Below are positions 1-10,663 of a stretch of DNA of 23,745 nucleotides, in pieces (within the stretch, counting starts at the first letter, position 1; each line of letters opens with the position of its first letter). Origin of the DNA: an uncultured Nitrososphaerales archaeon (GTDB taxonomy: Archaea > Thermoproteota > Nitrososphaeria > Nitrososphaerales > Nitrososphaeraceae). The translations under genes were made by a program, and so were the position numbers. The DNA is taken from NCBI GenBank assembly GCA_963709405.1, contig CAVPXM010000007.1:1-23745 (forward strand), written 5' to 3'. Under the pieces are notes generated by a model that saw only the letters and a list, made by a program, of their open reading frames with translations, did no database searches and was not told the DNA's origin.

Positions 1-119
1 ACGATCAATCGTCATTTTGATATACTCAAGACACTTTATCCTGCTACGCACCGATTTAGTGCTATAGTTTATGGTTTGTATATTTTTGACAGGTTACCTA
101 AACAATCGAACAAAACCTG

Positions 120-863
120 TCATTTCTCATTTTGTGTCGTAATATCAAAGACGATTGCTCTAGTTGGCTATTCTATCTAAATCTTCAAATAATAACGGTA
201 AGCAAATAAGAAAGATTTTTTTTATCTACAAATCTTCGCAAATTCGAATTAAGATTTTCAATTATTCCTATATCATGGGATAATAATTTTTTATGTATTA
301 GTCCTTCTGTAAAACCTTCTCTCTCTACACTCCATGTATCTATTCCTACACATTTTATATTGTGGCCTACAATCCACTCTGCAGCAGAAAGTTCCAAATA
401 TATAAAATTACCTTCAATCTTTTCATATTCCTTTTTATAACTAATTCTAATATCTTTGGAATCCAATTTAGGACTTGTACCTGTATAAAATAAAATAATA
501 TCTCCTGACTTTACTATGTTTAAACACTTCTCCAAATCGGAACTTGTAATTCCTTGCCCAGTCTGAATTGTGGACATGTCTAGTACAACAGCATCGCCAA
601 TAAATTTATCAGGAGGCTCTTTATCAATTCCAATTCCATCGGGCATAAAGTGTTTGTGAGCATCTACATGCGTTCCGGTATGAGCCCATTGCTATACGTG
701 TAATGTTGGTATTTGCATCTTTTCCTATCGTTGTAACTGGCTCAAATGTTGGTTTAGGATCACCTGGGTATACTGGGATATTTTTATTTATGATGTGAGT
801 TAGATTGTAAAATTCTCTTGAGATTGTAATTAAATTACTATTCCTACGATTTTTTTGAATCAT
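120..863 (-). pseudogene. Cyclase-family metal-dependent hydrolase (kynurenine formamidase-like), frameshifted
   Basis: ORFs 624-920 and 185-646 join as LTHIINKNIPVYPGDP...MGS[H]TGTHVDAHKHF...VGIDTWS...IIENL. A 2-nt deletion near 680 breaks the HTGTHVDA motif. Further shifts near 220 and 170 hide the C-terminus (LICLPLLFEDLD..TRAIVFD). Start codon uncertain. Confidence 0.88.
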
Positions 864-1119
864 ATTTATATTGTTATATTGTATATCTTTTATTTTCAGT
901 CCATTATATCTAATTATCATTTATGGAGTATAGCCGAGTAACTTTTTGTGCTTTTGTATACATTGAGTCATGAAGACTGTACAAATGTAAAATTGGACAA
1001 ATCAAATTTAAATTAGCGCAAAACATAATTGGGCCAAATTCGATACTAGTGTTAAAGAGTATTCTGAAAATCACTTGAATTTGCAATTAGGGGTGTTTGA
1101 CTAGATAATTGTAATACAA

Positions 1120-1429
1120 TTAAACCTCCACGTAAATAGTATCATCTTCTAATGTGATTCTATATGATCCGAGTGGTTGAAGTTTCTGTGGAAACCAGAT
1201 TAGATCACCGGTAGTTATATCCCATTTTGAACCATGCCACGGACATGTCAATTCCTTACCGTCAAGTCCACCGCCATCATGAAGTTCATTCGGCACTAGT
1301 ACAAATATTACTTGTAGCGTAATATCTTCCCTTTACATTAGCAACTAGTATTTCTTTACCGCCTGCTGTTATATGGGTCATTTTTCCTTCAGGTATGTCG
1401 GATGTTTTTCCGACGATTATTTTTGCCAT
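1120..1429 (-). pseudogene. Rieske-type [2Fe-2S] ferredoxin, frameshifted (absent from ORF track)
   Basis: Manual translation gives MAKIIVGKTSDIPEGKMTHITAGGKEILVANVKGRYYATSNICT, then a shift near 1290, then ELHDGGGLDGKELTCPWHGSKWDITTGDLIWFPQKLQPLGSYRITLEDDTIYVEV*. The CPWHG box is intact; the first CxH box is corrupted. Confidence 0.9.
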
Positions 1430-1726
1430 AAAAAAGCATAGAGTTTGCCTTATTTTAAGATGTCATTCAAAAAGACTGACACGAAACCAGTCATAAATCA
1501 TACTACATAAACTTGATTATTCCAACATCATCTTGCATTTTGTCGATATCCAATAAAGACATATTATGCTGCCGGACAAAGTTATCAATGTTAAGATTCA
1601 TTAGACAAGAGGATGATAATTTGATTTCAATTAGGAAGTGACTAATGCAAATAAAGTTTATAAGAAATTCATCGACAGATAATAGTAATAATAAATGGAC
1701 TAGTTCTTCCTAATTTTAGATCTAAT

Positions 1727-1972
1727 ATGATAACTATTGTAGGTATAGTTATAGTAATTATTGGTGTTGCCGGATCTATACGTTACGGATCTGAATTTAT
1801 AAAATCATAAAAGGCTACTACTCAGTTGCCTTATACTAATATACCTTCTAACAGTAATGCGATATCTATGATAATAGAAATAGGATTTATTATTACCTTG
1901 GTAGGATTTGGAATGTTAAGTTATGCCATAGCCAATAAATTAGATAAACCGTCCGAGTTCTATCAAAGCTAA
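1727..1972 (+). pseudogene. Small two-helix membrane protein with in-frame TAA at 1808-1810
   Basis: MITIVGIVIVIIGVAGSIRYGSEFIKS*KATTQLPY...MIIEIGFIITLVGFGMLSYAIANKLDKPSEFYQS*. Two hydrophobic segments lie in the same frame on either side of the stop. Confidence 0.55.
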
Positions 1973-2189
1973 GTTAGTTTGTACAAGCAGAAGTATTAAT
2001 ATTGTAGTTAGATATCCTATATAATAGTTATTTAGAATTAGTCAGATTTTCTATATCTATTCTCTTAAAAATGTGTGGTTGAGTTGTTCGAATTTATTGG
2101 TATTCTTAAATCGGATTCAGAACTAAATCGACATTTCTGGTTCTAATTACGAAGATATAACAGTTTATTTGTAGACATTTCTGCATAAC

Positions 2190-2232
2190 ATAGATATAGA
2201 TTTGATGGTAGTGTACATTTCCTTCTTTTACT
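2190..2232 (-). repeat. Isolated 43-bp exact inverted copy of IS630 transposase coding sequence 14465-14507
   Basis: The reverse complement AGTAAAAGAAGGAAATGTACACTACCATCAAATCTATATCTAT is identical to 14465-14507. Identity stops abruptly on both sides. Confidence 0.95.
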
Positions 2233-2233
2233 G

Positions 2234-2263
2234 ATACTACTGATGAATTACTATCAGTAGTAT
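2234..2263. other. Perfect hairpin, 11-bp stem and 8-nt loop
   Basis: ATACTACTGAT (2234-2244), loop GAATTACT, ATCAGTAGTAT (2253-2263). Confidence 0.85.
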
Positions 2264-2752
2264 AAAAATACGATTTAATATGATATGTAATTGACATGAT
2301 GGGAGTATAAGATGAATTAGAATAAGCAACTAACCACATATAGATATAATAAAAATGTGTATTGGTAGATATTACTACCGATGACCTTTACATCACCATA
2401 TTAATTTCTTTCATTTTATTTAGGTTTGATAGTTTTGAAAAGACTTGATACTTTCGAAGTTAGTACTTAGTTCATCCAGGAAAAAGATTTCGGTTAGTTG
2501 GTAATCGTGCTCAGATGTTACATGAAATAATGGATAGTATGATATGTTTAAATATTGATGTGATGAATTAGCTATATTGGTTTCAATCTTTTGATTTAGA
2601 AAAACTCTAGTAGATATTTAAATCTAATAAATGAATATAAAAATTGATATTAATTGCATACTTCAGAAGACGATAAGACCAAAAGGAATTACCTAAACAA
2701 GGGTAAAAAGCAGTATCAGTAGCGAGACAAAATACCGCAATCCATAGTTAAT

Positions 2753-3521
2753 ATGATTATGGGTAATGATGCGAACAACATTTTAAAGCATAGGATGGTC
2801 GATACTGAAACACTTGTATCTCAAACCCAGAATAGAATTTGGAGTGCCTTGAAAAGACACTATCAATACGATTCAACATTAAAACCCGGACAAAATTTCC
2901 TCCTAAAGCATGTGAATTCAAAAATTCCATTAGTAATCATGTATGCGGATCTAGTTGGCTCAACTAATATGAGTATGACCCTACCCATAGATAAAGTGGT
3001 AACTATAATAAGAGCATTTTCATACGAAATATCTTCAATAGTTCAGAGTTATAACGGTTATGTATTAAGGTAACGTAGGAGATGCTGTTATTGCATTCTT
3101 CTCATCGGACTATAATAAATTACTAGCATGTGATAAAACAGTACAATGTGCTCAATCCATAATAACCGTAATCAAGAATGGAATTAATCCTATATTGAAT
3201 CAATATGATTACCCTGAACTTAGTGTCAAGATAGGAATTGATGAAGGTGAAAATGTAATTGTGCAATATGGACATGACAAAGTCTCCCCTATTGATGTTC
3301 TTGGCTACTGCATGAGTATAGCGGCGAAAATAACTTCATTAACCTATTCAAACACGATTATGATAGGTGACGATGTATATAATTCACTTCATCCACAAAT
3401 GAAGTCTAAATTCAAGGAGATTAAATACAATACTGAGGAATGGAAATACACTAATAGACAAACTGGTCAAGTTTACAAGTCTTCATGCAATGTAGTTTCG
3501 TCAATATCATTATCTTTTTAA
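2753..3521 (+). pseudogene. Class III adenylate/guanylate cyclase domain protein, frameshifted
   Basis: Motifs MYADLVGST, GYVL[KY]VGDAVIAFF (shift near 3070), KIGIDEG and DVLGYCMSIAAKI. The true start may be upstream (about 2655). Confidence 0.9.
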
Positions 3522-3599
3522 TGTATTTATTTAAGACATACTATGGTGAAAGATACTGCTAGAAGAGACTAAGACAACATGTTAGTATAGATTGAGTAG

Positions 3600-3848
3600 A
3601 TGCCAACAGCATATATTTTAGTAAACTGCACCTTAGGTTCTGAGGAGAAAATTATTGTATGACAGATCTAATTTGAATGATGTAAAGGAGGTAAGAGGGA
3701 CTTACGGTGTTCACGATGTATTTGTTAAAGTAAAATCAGATAATACCGAAATAATGAATCATACCATAACAAATAAGATAAGAAATATACAGGCATTACA
3801 TCCACTGTAACTTTGGTTGTCATCGAAGAACAAGGTGGAAAGGAATAA
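3600..3848 (+). pseudogene. Stand-alone Lrp/AsnC ligand-binding domain protein, frameshifted (absent from ORF track)
   Basis: MPTAYILVNCTLGSEEKII / SNLNDVKEVRGTYGVHDVFVKVKSDNTEIMNHTITNKIRNI / GITSTVTLVVIEEQGGKE*, with shifts near 3660 and 3790. Confidence 0.85.
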
Positions 3849-3860
3849 TGTAACTAATTT

Positions 3861-4067
3861 TTACTCTTTTCTTAACTTCTCCTTTTCCTCTTGTTTTATT
3901 CTCTTTATTTCATATATTATCAATCCTGTACTTACCGCAATGACAATCCAACCGGATGTTCCAATTATTACATATTGTTCATATATCGGAATGAATAAGA
4001 GGAGGGGTGGAGTGACTGCACCTATCCACCATATAATAATTAAGATTTGAACATTAATTCGGTACAT
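3861..4067 (-). CDS. Small membrane protein (two predicted helices, charged tail)
   Basis: 68-aa ATG ORF with two hydrophobic stretches and a KRIKQEEKEKLRKE tail. Confidence 0.7.
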   Translation of the reverse strand: MYRINVQILIIIWWIGAVTPPLLLFIPIYEQYVIIGTSGWIVIAVSTGLIIYEIKRIKQEEKEKLRKE

Positions 4068-4671
4068 AAAACATTATTATCCTATATAATATTATTATTC
4101 GATGAATGATGGATTTGCCTAAAGTCAGTACGACCTGATATATTAATTTGCACATATTGTCGTCATTCATTATGATGTCCTGTCTGTAATCTTCTCATTT
4201 AGGTAGTTAAAGACTTTGAATTTTAAGGCATATGATTTGTAGGATTAATTGTAAAATGAGTGTAGCATCTGTGAGATGTATGAAGACAAAAAGGCAAAGT
4301 ATAGCTAATCCTTTCTCCTAACAAATTTTATTTTGTACGCATTTCATTATTTTCAAAAATAAGATAAATTAGCATTGTCTTTATACAAGCGATCAGCGTA
4401 ATTAAGCGGCAGATCTACTGTTGAATCTTCTTTCTATCTATTGGATTTACCCATTCGACCATTCTCAGCTCGAGTTATAGTATATAGTCTGGCAGATGCG
4501 ATCAGTAATAGATGTTAAAATAGTGTTATGTGTGCAATTACATGGAATTACTCTTAATATGTTCTTTAAACTACAGCATAATGCTCTTTTCAAGCACTTT
4601 TCTGCATGTCTCCCCCTCCTCTTTGGGGTCCTCCTTCAATAAATACGTACAATCATTTGTAATCATAGAGA

Positions 4672-4965
4672 ATGATGGCATTTAAAACGCTTAGACGCAG
4701 TAAGAAACACTACACGAGACAATCATCAATATCATTACCTTACAATTCCTATCCAATGACTATTACAAGTACTGTTTATTCTAATAATGATAAGATGAGA
4801 AGATCGAGTCCAGATATTCCGTTTAAAGTTTTAAGACTAAACCCAAATAAGCCAATAATGTTTCTGAAAATTAGAAACGGATCAAATCAATTTGATATTA
4901 TCGATAACCTAAAAGATAGCGATGAGGATTGTGTTACTCTGATTGTCCCATCCGTCAAATTATAA
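4672..4965 (+). CDS. Hypothetical protein or fragment
   Basis: 97-aa ORF only; no motif recognised. Confidence 0.25.
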   Translation: MMAFKTLRRSKKHYTRQSSISLPYNSYPMTITSTVYSNNDKMRRSSPDIPFKVLRLNPNKPIMFLKIRNGSNQFDIIDNLKDSDEDCVTLIVPSVKL

Positions 4966-5252
4966 TAATAATTTCTAATTGAATTGATACTCTGATGGAT
5001 ATTTAATTTCAATTGCTGAATTAAGCCATTGCCATGTAGTGTAATGTTATGCGATATTGGACATCTCATCATTTAAAAGTTGTCATCGTTAGTTAATATT
5101 AAATTTTGCTCTATCTACCCGTTCTATATCCTATAATTTTTAGTTCATATTTCAACTTTAGTAGTATATTAGTAAATCTTACTTTGTATTTGCGATTCAT
5201 ACTTCGATTTTTGAATTTTGCAATGAGGAAAACAGTGGCATCTTTAGATTTA

Positions 5253-6137
5253 GAGCCTATCCCAAAATTATCCTCCTGTATATAGTAATGCAACAACCCA
5301 AACATACTAACGCAAAATAGTTTTCTATCTTCTTCTCATATCTAAGAGTTTTCTGAGCCTGTTATGCCAGGAATTAGTTCTTTCAACAACCCATCTTCTT
5401 CTTGTATTATGCTTATCGCTCTTTGTTATTGATTGTTCTCCTCTATGTCGAATATGTGGTAAGTATCCTTTCTTGATAACACCATTCTCGATCTCTAGAA
5501 AGTCATATCCTTTATCAAGACAGAGGTTCTGTTTCTCTTTATTAATCTTATAAGACGGTCTTTTAACTACGATATTATCCAGTGTGTTTATGCAGCCTTC
5601 ATATCATGTGGTAACCAGCCGCAGTTATAACAACGGATAATGGAATACCTTGTCCATCAGTTAATACATGACGTTTTGTTCCTAACTTACCTCTGTCTGT
5701 AGGATTAGTGCCAGTCATTTCCCCCCTAAATGTGCCTTTATACATACACTATCAAGTGATTGCCATCTCCAACGAATACCTACTACATCATCATACACTA
5801 TTAGGAGTCTAGTCCATAATTTTTTAAATACCTTCAATATTGACCATTGTTGGAATCGTCTATTGCAGGTTGATCCAGAGCCATATTCCTTGGGCAACAT
5901 CTTCCATTGACACCCAGTTCTTAAGACATATAGAATACCATCCAGTATCTTCCTAAATGATACCGCTGGACGTCCTATGGTATTATTTGGTTTTTCAGGT
6001 GGAAGTATCAACCTTATCTCATCCCATAACTCATCTGGGATTCTCTTGACAGTTGGAATGTACTTGATTCTGTCGTAAGCGACATCAATGAACAGACATT
6101 CTCAAGCTATATGTCTATCTATTTTTGGGATGGGTTC
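5253..6137 (-). mobile_element. IS5-family insertion sequence (IS1031/IS427-like), 885 bp
   Basis: TIRs GAGCCTATCCCAAAA (5253-5267) and the reverse complement of 6123-6137, GAACCCATCCCAAAA (13/15). TTA flanks both ends (5250-5252, 6138-6140). Confidence 0.9.
5257..6075 (-). pseudogene. IS5-family transposase, several frameshifts
   Basis: IPDELWDEIRLILPP..GRP..ILYVLRTGCQWKMLP..GSGSTCNRRFQQW..SLDS. After a G-run shift near 5722: TGTNPTDRGKLGTKRHVLTDGQGIP..LCLDKGYD..RRWVVERTNSWHNRLRKL..RRIILG*. Start approximate. Confidence 0.9.
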
Positions 6138-6340
6138 TTAGTAGAATAAGAATATGTGGGAATCGGAATTAGGTATGAAGTAGCGAACTTTTTGTTAAAT
6201 GCCATTCTATTGTTGGTCTGTTTGAATTCTAAAACAACTAAAATTGCCTACTTATTTATTATACATCGAAGCTAATCTAAAGAAAGATAATATCGTTCTG
6301 TTAATTTTTCCTAAACGTCTGAATTGCGGAGTATATTCAA

Positions 6341-6763
6341 TCATGTAAAAGCACTTTCGTTTTCTAATATAAATGGTAATACCTTATTTTGAATAGTATA
6401 AGCAACGTTAGAATCCAAATCAAATGATAAGAGTAGATAAAGCTTGTTTACATCATCTTTTTTATCAATCATTATTGGAATTGTCGCACGAATCATTTTT
6501 TGTCACTTTCCTATAGAATATTGTAATTTACCAATCTTTGATTCATAATCTTCTCTGGTGGGAGCACGAAGAACAGCTTTCATAGCATAATCTGAAGTTT
6601 CTTTCTCTGTCAGCAAAGGAATCAAGTTTTCTCTATAAGAAGTTGTTCTTAGATTTCCAAGTTTATTTGCAATACCTGCAAATCTAATAGAAGTGTCCAA
6701 TTCTTGTATTTGTTTGCAAACGTCTTCCAAAGCCGATACAGGCACATTATTTATTAGTTTCAT
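6341..6763 (-). pseudogene. DUF6659-like (roadblock/profilin-like) thaumarchaeal protein, frameshifted
   Basis: CKQIQELDTSIRFAGIANKLG..YRENLIPLLTEKETSDYA..IGKLQYSIGK, continuing in other frames as KMIRATIP and YLLLSFDLDS..IQNKVLPFILENESAFT*. Confidence 0.7.
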
Positions 6764-7046
6764 TCTCTTATAACAATAACGATAATCCTAGAATGTGTCC
6801 AGTTTTGTCTAAATCCTGATTATGAAATATTGATGCCCAATCTTCTTCATTTCATCAAAAAAGGAACAATTGAATTTGATCCCATAAACTATATTGTACT
6901 TGAAAATAATGATATAATGATGAATCTTTTCCGCTCTAATTTATTATGAAAAATGTTATTTAAAACTAACCCAAGTAGACGGTTGCTCGAGTATTTTTCA
7001 TTTTTATATTGAGACGAGGATTAAATATTTGAATTTAATTTTTATA

Positions 7047-7457
7047 CTAGGAAGCTTGTGGCGTTACAGATCCTGATGATGGGGCTGGTTGTGATGATGG
7101 GGCTGGTTGTGATGATGGGGCTGGTTGTGATGATGGGGCTGGTTGTGATGATGGGGCTGGTTGTGATGATGGGGCTGGTTGTGATGATGATCCAGAAGAG
7201 TTTGATGTTGGGGTTGACGGGGTGCTTTTTGGCAATCCACAAATTTCAGATTCCGTCTGATTGACGAAATTGAGTCTAGGATTATCTGACCTACAGAACT
7301 GCTTTACTTGTTCTGGAGTCAGTCCATGCGAATCCTGACCTTGTTGAGCTTTAACCTGAGTTGTAGTTATTATAAAGAGAGCTAATGTCATCATACTAAG
7401 TTGCAAAATATAACTAAGGTGTATTTTATCCATCTTTGTTAATTGAAAGACATCCAT
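7047..7457 (-). CDS. Predicted secreted protein with a two-Cys domain and (SSQPAP)6 tail
   Basis: Signal-like segment ending VKA-QQ, Cys pair in QFCRSD..EICGLP, Ser/Pro-rich repeat C-terminus. Confidence 0.8.
   Translation of the reverse strand: MDVFQLTKMDKIHLSYILQLSMMTLALFIITTTQVKAQQGQDSHGLTPEQVKQFCRSDNPRLNFVNQTESEICGLPKSTPSTPTSNSSGSSSQPAPSSQPAPSSQPAPSSQPAPSSQPAPSSQPAPSSGSVTPQAS
7074..7189. repeat. Perfect 18-bp tandem repeat, 6 copies plus a partial copy
   Basis: Unit TGATGATGGGGCTGGTTG starting at 7074, 7092, 7110, 7128, 7146 and 7164. Confidence 0.97.
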
Positions 7458-8207
7458 TTTAAAAGTTTTTGTATCGCTCTACTCATTTCCGGCTTCCTCA
7501 AGTCCTTATTTTTAAAATTTTTATTTATCAATTTAATAGATTTATTAAATTTATAATGATTTAAAGATTTGATGGTAATTTAATTATAATCAAATGTAAC
7601 CTAAAAAAGACAACTGGGATCAAAAAGTCGCTTGTATTGACAAAACGTTCCACACTAACTTATATCTCAACGCTGCTTGCATACATCTACTTTTCTTGTT
7701 CTGCTATGGCCTAATTATCAGATTGGGAATTGGGTAATTCCCATTGTAATTCCTCAGAATTTGAAGAATGTCATATTAGAACTTCTGTGAGTATTGTGAA
7801 AGATGATTTGATAAGACTTGTATGATGTTGCCTTATGTCCCATAAGCTAAAGGACATAGTTTCCAGTACCTGTATCTATTCTTCGTCTTAAGGTCAGGAT
7901 GGTTTATAAGGGAAATATGATTTGATTATGTCCTATATTATATGTTATATATTATATATTATCGAATTATCCATATTATTATGGAAAAGATATCCTCATC
8001 ACAACTATCTTCTAAGTGACACTGCCACACCCAATGGTACTATTGAAAATGATGAATTCTACATCGATATAGGACGAATGGCACATCATATCACAATAAC
8101 TTCTTTGAGAATACCAACTTATATGGCATAAGTATTGACGAGTTTTGATCAACAAAATATCTCGAGCCGTCAATTAACGAGTATAAAAAGCTTCATAATC
8201 TTTATCC

Positions 8208-8921
8208 GGCCCTGTTAACTTAGAGATAATTCCACCTTCTTAGATCGTCAAATTTAGTACTAGATTTTATAACGCTATTGTGCATAAATACGAACAGAAT
8301 GAGCCATTTGTGAACGTGTCTAAGATTGCATAATCCAGCCATCATACATGGATAGTAATCATCAAATGCCTCAGTTCTACCCTTTAGATATTCTATCGTT
8401 CTTTCAACTATACTCTTTTCGTATGGCGAATGTAATCTATGCTTTAGTCCTAATGATATACATACTTCCGGATACCATGTTCCATCATCACTATAAACCA
8501 CGTGTTTGCAATAAATCTTGATTAACGATCTTAGGAATGATTCAGCTACAATCATATTCCTGTGTCTTGAGATGTAAACTCCAAGAATTTGTCTGTGTAT
8601 TGGTTCTACGGCAACCCATAACCAAGCCTGGTCAGGACCAATCTGCACCATGGTTTCATCAATTAGAAAAGCTGCCACTCTTTTACAACAGTATAGACGT
8701 CTGGGATTGAATCTCTGAACCCATTTCCATATTGCAACATGACTCCTTCCTCTCTCTTTCCAAATAGTTGGATTGCCTTAGATGTATTTATGAAACTTAG
8801 GCCTAGAAAATATAAGTATAATGCATACAATATTGTCTCCGCGGATGTTCTCTCACGTTCAAATAAATTCATTGAATATGAGAGAATGTTTGCAGCTATA
8901 GCTTTATCGCTAAGTTAACAG
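8208..8921 (-). mobile_element. IS6-family insertion sequence, right end clipped
   Basis: Left end GGCCCTGTTAACTTAGAGATAA (8208-8229). The right copy TTATCGCTAAGTTAACAG (8904-8921) matches 17/18 but lacks the terminal GGCC. Confidence 0.85.
8220..8872 (-). pseudogene. IS6-family DDE transposase, frameshifted
   Basis: YALYLYFLGLS, FLIDETMVQIG..WLWVAVEP, VYSDDGTWY and KSIVERTIEYLKGRTEAFDDYYPC across ORFs 8663-8872 and 8220-8678. Confidence 0.92.
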
Positions 8922-10096
8922 TTATGTAAACATGTAGATGCTTTCTCCATGTAAACTGTTTATACTAGTTTTGCCTCTATGTTTTTATTATAATCACATG
9001 CCCAATCAGATACTGCTTTACCTATATCACGTTCATTTTGAAAGGTGGAATTGTTTATTGCTTGTCGTTGCATCCATAGCCATCTTACCTCTATCAGATT
9101 GAGCTCGGGTGATCTGGTGGGAAGAAATACAAGGTGTATCCTTGGATGATATTTGGATAATACTGCTTTCACCTTGTTTGATTTATGTATCGATACGTTA
9201 TCAAGTATCAGAAATATCTGCTTGATACTATCGTCATACTTTTGGTCCATTCTTTTGATAAAATCTAAAAACTGTTTTCCGGTTTTCTTTTTGTAGCCAT
9301 GCGTCCACATTTGATCATTGGTATAATCGTATATACCAAACACGTTTAGAATTCCCTTTGTCTTTTGAGCTTTGGATACCTTAGACTGTGTAGAGGACCA
9401 AGATGTACCGCCATATGTTTTTGCTACTATCGGTCCTTTCTCATCCTCGTAGAGTAGTACTGAGTCAGAAGACAGGTTACTGTATCTTAGTTCTTCAATT
9501 CTCTTTTTTTCAAATGATATTCAGGATCTAGGCTGTATCCCAGAGTAATCTTTGACTGCCTATATTTTATTCCGTGTTTTAGGAGGATATTTCTAACCTC
9601 GGTGTGGCTGATAGCATCTACAAGGCTCATCTCCTTGGAGACAAATCCTGCTAGTACTCTTAATGACCATGTGGAAAATGGTAATCCATAATCTTTTCTT
9701 GAATTTTTGGTTGCTATCTCCACAATCTTATTCTCCATATCGTCAGATATTTTGATTGGTTTATGCTTGTGTATTTTTGATGCTATTCCATCTATACCTT
9801 TTTCATTGAAACGATGAATCCATTTTCTTATGTTGCTATCATGATGGTTAGTTGCCTTCCTTATTTCAGGAACTGCGTATCCATCATCCTTAAGAAGAAT
9901 AATCTTTGCACGGTATCCAGATTCTCTATCCTCAAGTATGCTATCATGTAACCTATTCTTTTCATTATTTGTAAGCAATCTGAGGAATGTATCCCTCATG
10001 CTGATAATTTAAAAGAGAGTAAGCTAAAGGTGTTATGGTATCTGAACGAGCACTGTTAGTTTAGAGAAGAGCATTACATATTCTTTACATAACTGT
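8918..10096 (-). mobile_element. IS630-family insertion sequence (copy A)
   Basis: Perfect 16-bp inverted repeat TTAACAGTTATGTAAA (8915-8930 and 10084-10099), which includes TA at 8916-8917 and 10097-10098. Confidence 0.88.
8960..9999 (-). CDS. IS630 transposase, HTH plus DDE, split at an A7G run (about 9503-9510; possible programmed -1 frameshift)
   Basis: HTH ORF 9487-9999. The second frame reads LLYEDEKGP..FGIYD..ILDNVSIH..FLPTRSPELNLIEVRW. Confidence 0.9.
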
Positions 10097-10199
10097 TAAG
10101 ATAGATAAGCCTAATATAGAGGCGTGCTTTCTGCGGGCATGTATTATTAAGTTAATTACTGGACTAAAAGAACGTCTTCAAATAAGAAATATCTACAGA

Positions 10200-10601
10200 T
10201 TGTTGTCTAATTATTATCCCTGGCTTAACCACATTATAAGTATGATTAAACCTCGCAAATCACAGAAATTACCTCCTAGGTGTATTGTGCATGAGAGATA
10301 TGAAAGATTTTTTAGATTGCTTGGTGCAAACAACAATCAAGCCAAAGCACTAAGCGTAGCTCAGATTTATGGGTTGTTGGATGACCCGTATGACAAAAAC
10401 ATTAAGCGAGCTGTTAGTGAATATCTTAAAATAGATCAAGAAAGTTTAATGGAATTACTGGATATTGGTGTAATGAATTGCTCATGGATTCATGGTGCAA
10501 TACAGCAAATGAGATCTACGATAGCAGACCAACAAAGGTCTCACTATTCTCCTACCACCGATGTTGAGGAGGAGATTACTAAGGATCTCAATATAGTATA
10601 A
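10200..10601 (+). CDS. Hypothetical protein
   Basis: Intact 133-aa ORF convergent with the Rep-like gene; the start may be the later ATG (MIKPRK). Confidence 0.65.
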   Translation: MLSNYYPWLNHIISMIKPRKSQKLPPRCIVHERYERFFRLLGANNNQAKALSVAQIYGLLDDPYDKNIKRAVSEYLKIDQESLMELLDIGVMNCSWIHGAIQQMRSTIADQQRSHYSPTTDVEEEITKDLNIV

Positions 10602-10663
10602 GAGGGATTCGCTTCATTCCATTTATGAGTAGAGGCGCACAAAAAACATACATTCTCATCTGA

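Noticed and set aside
2106-2339. 77-aa ORF sharing VKEGNVHYHQIYIY with the IS630 transposase
   Set aside because: The similarity is only the 43-bp copied segment; the rest has no protein-like pattern.
1975-2650. Possible CRISPR or mini-array around the 43-bp fragment
   Set aside because: No regularly spaced direct repeats, only short AT-rich matches such as TAGATAT, and no cas genes in the window.
5111-5305. 64-aa minus-strand ORF
   Set aside because: Starts out of frame within the IS5 transposase end and runs into the flank.
7074-7189. Tandem repeat as a CRISPR array
   Set aside because: Units are contiguous with no spacers and lie inside a coding frame.
7042-7264. ORFs with IITTSP and VVMMGL repeats
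   Set aside because: Alternative frames of the 18-bp tandem repeat; the SSQPAP frame has the signal peptide.
7560-8200. Possible gene remnants and short hairpins, including ORF 7922-8131
   Set aside because: No family motif could be read, and the stems are short enough to arise by chance.
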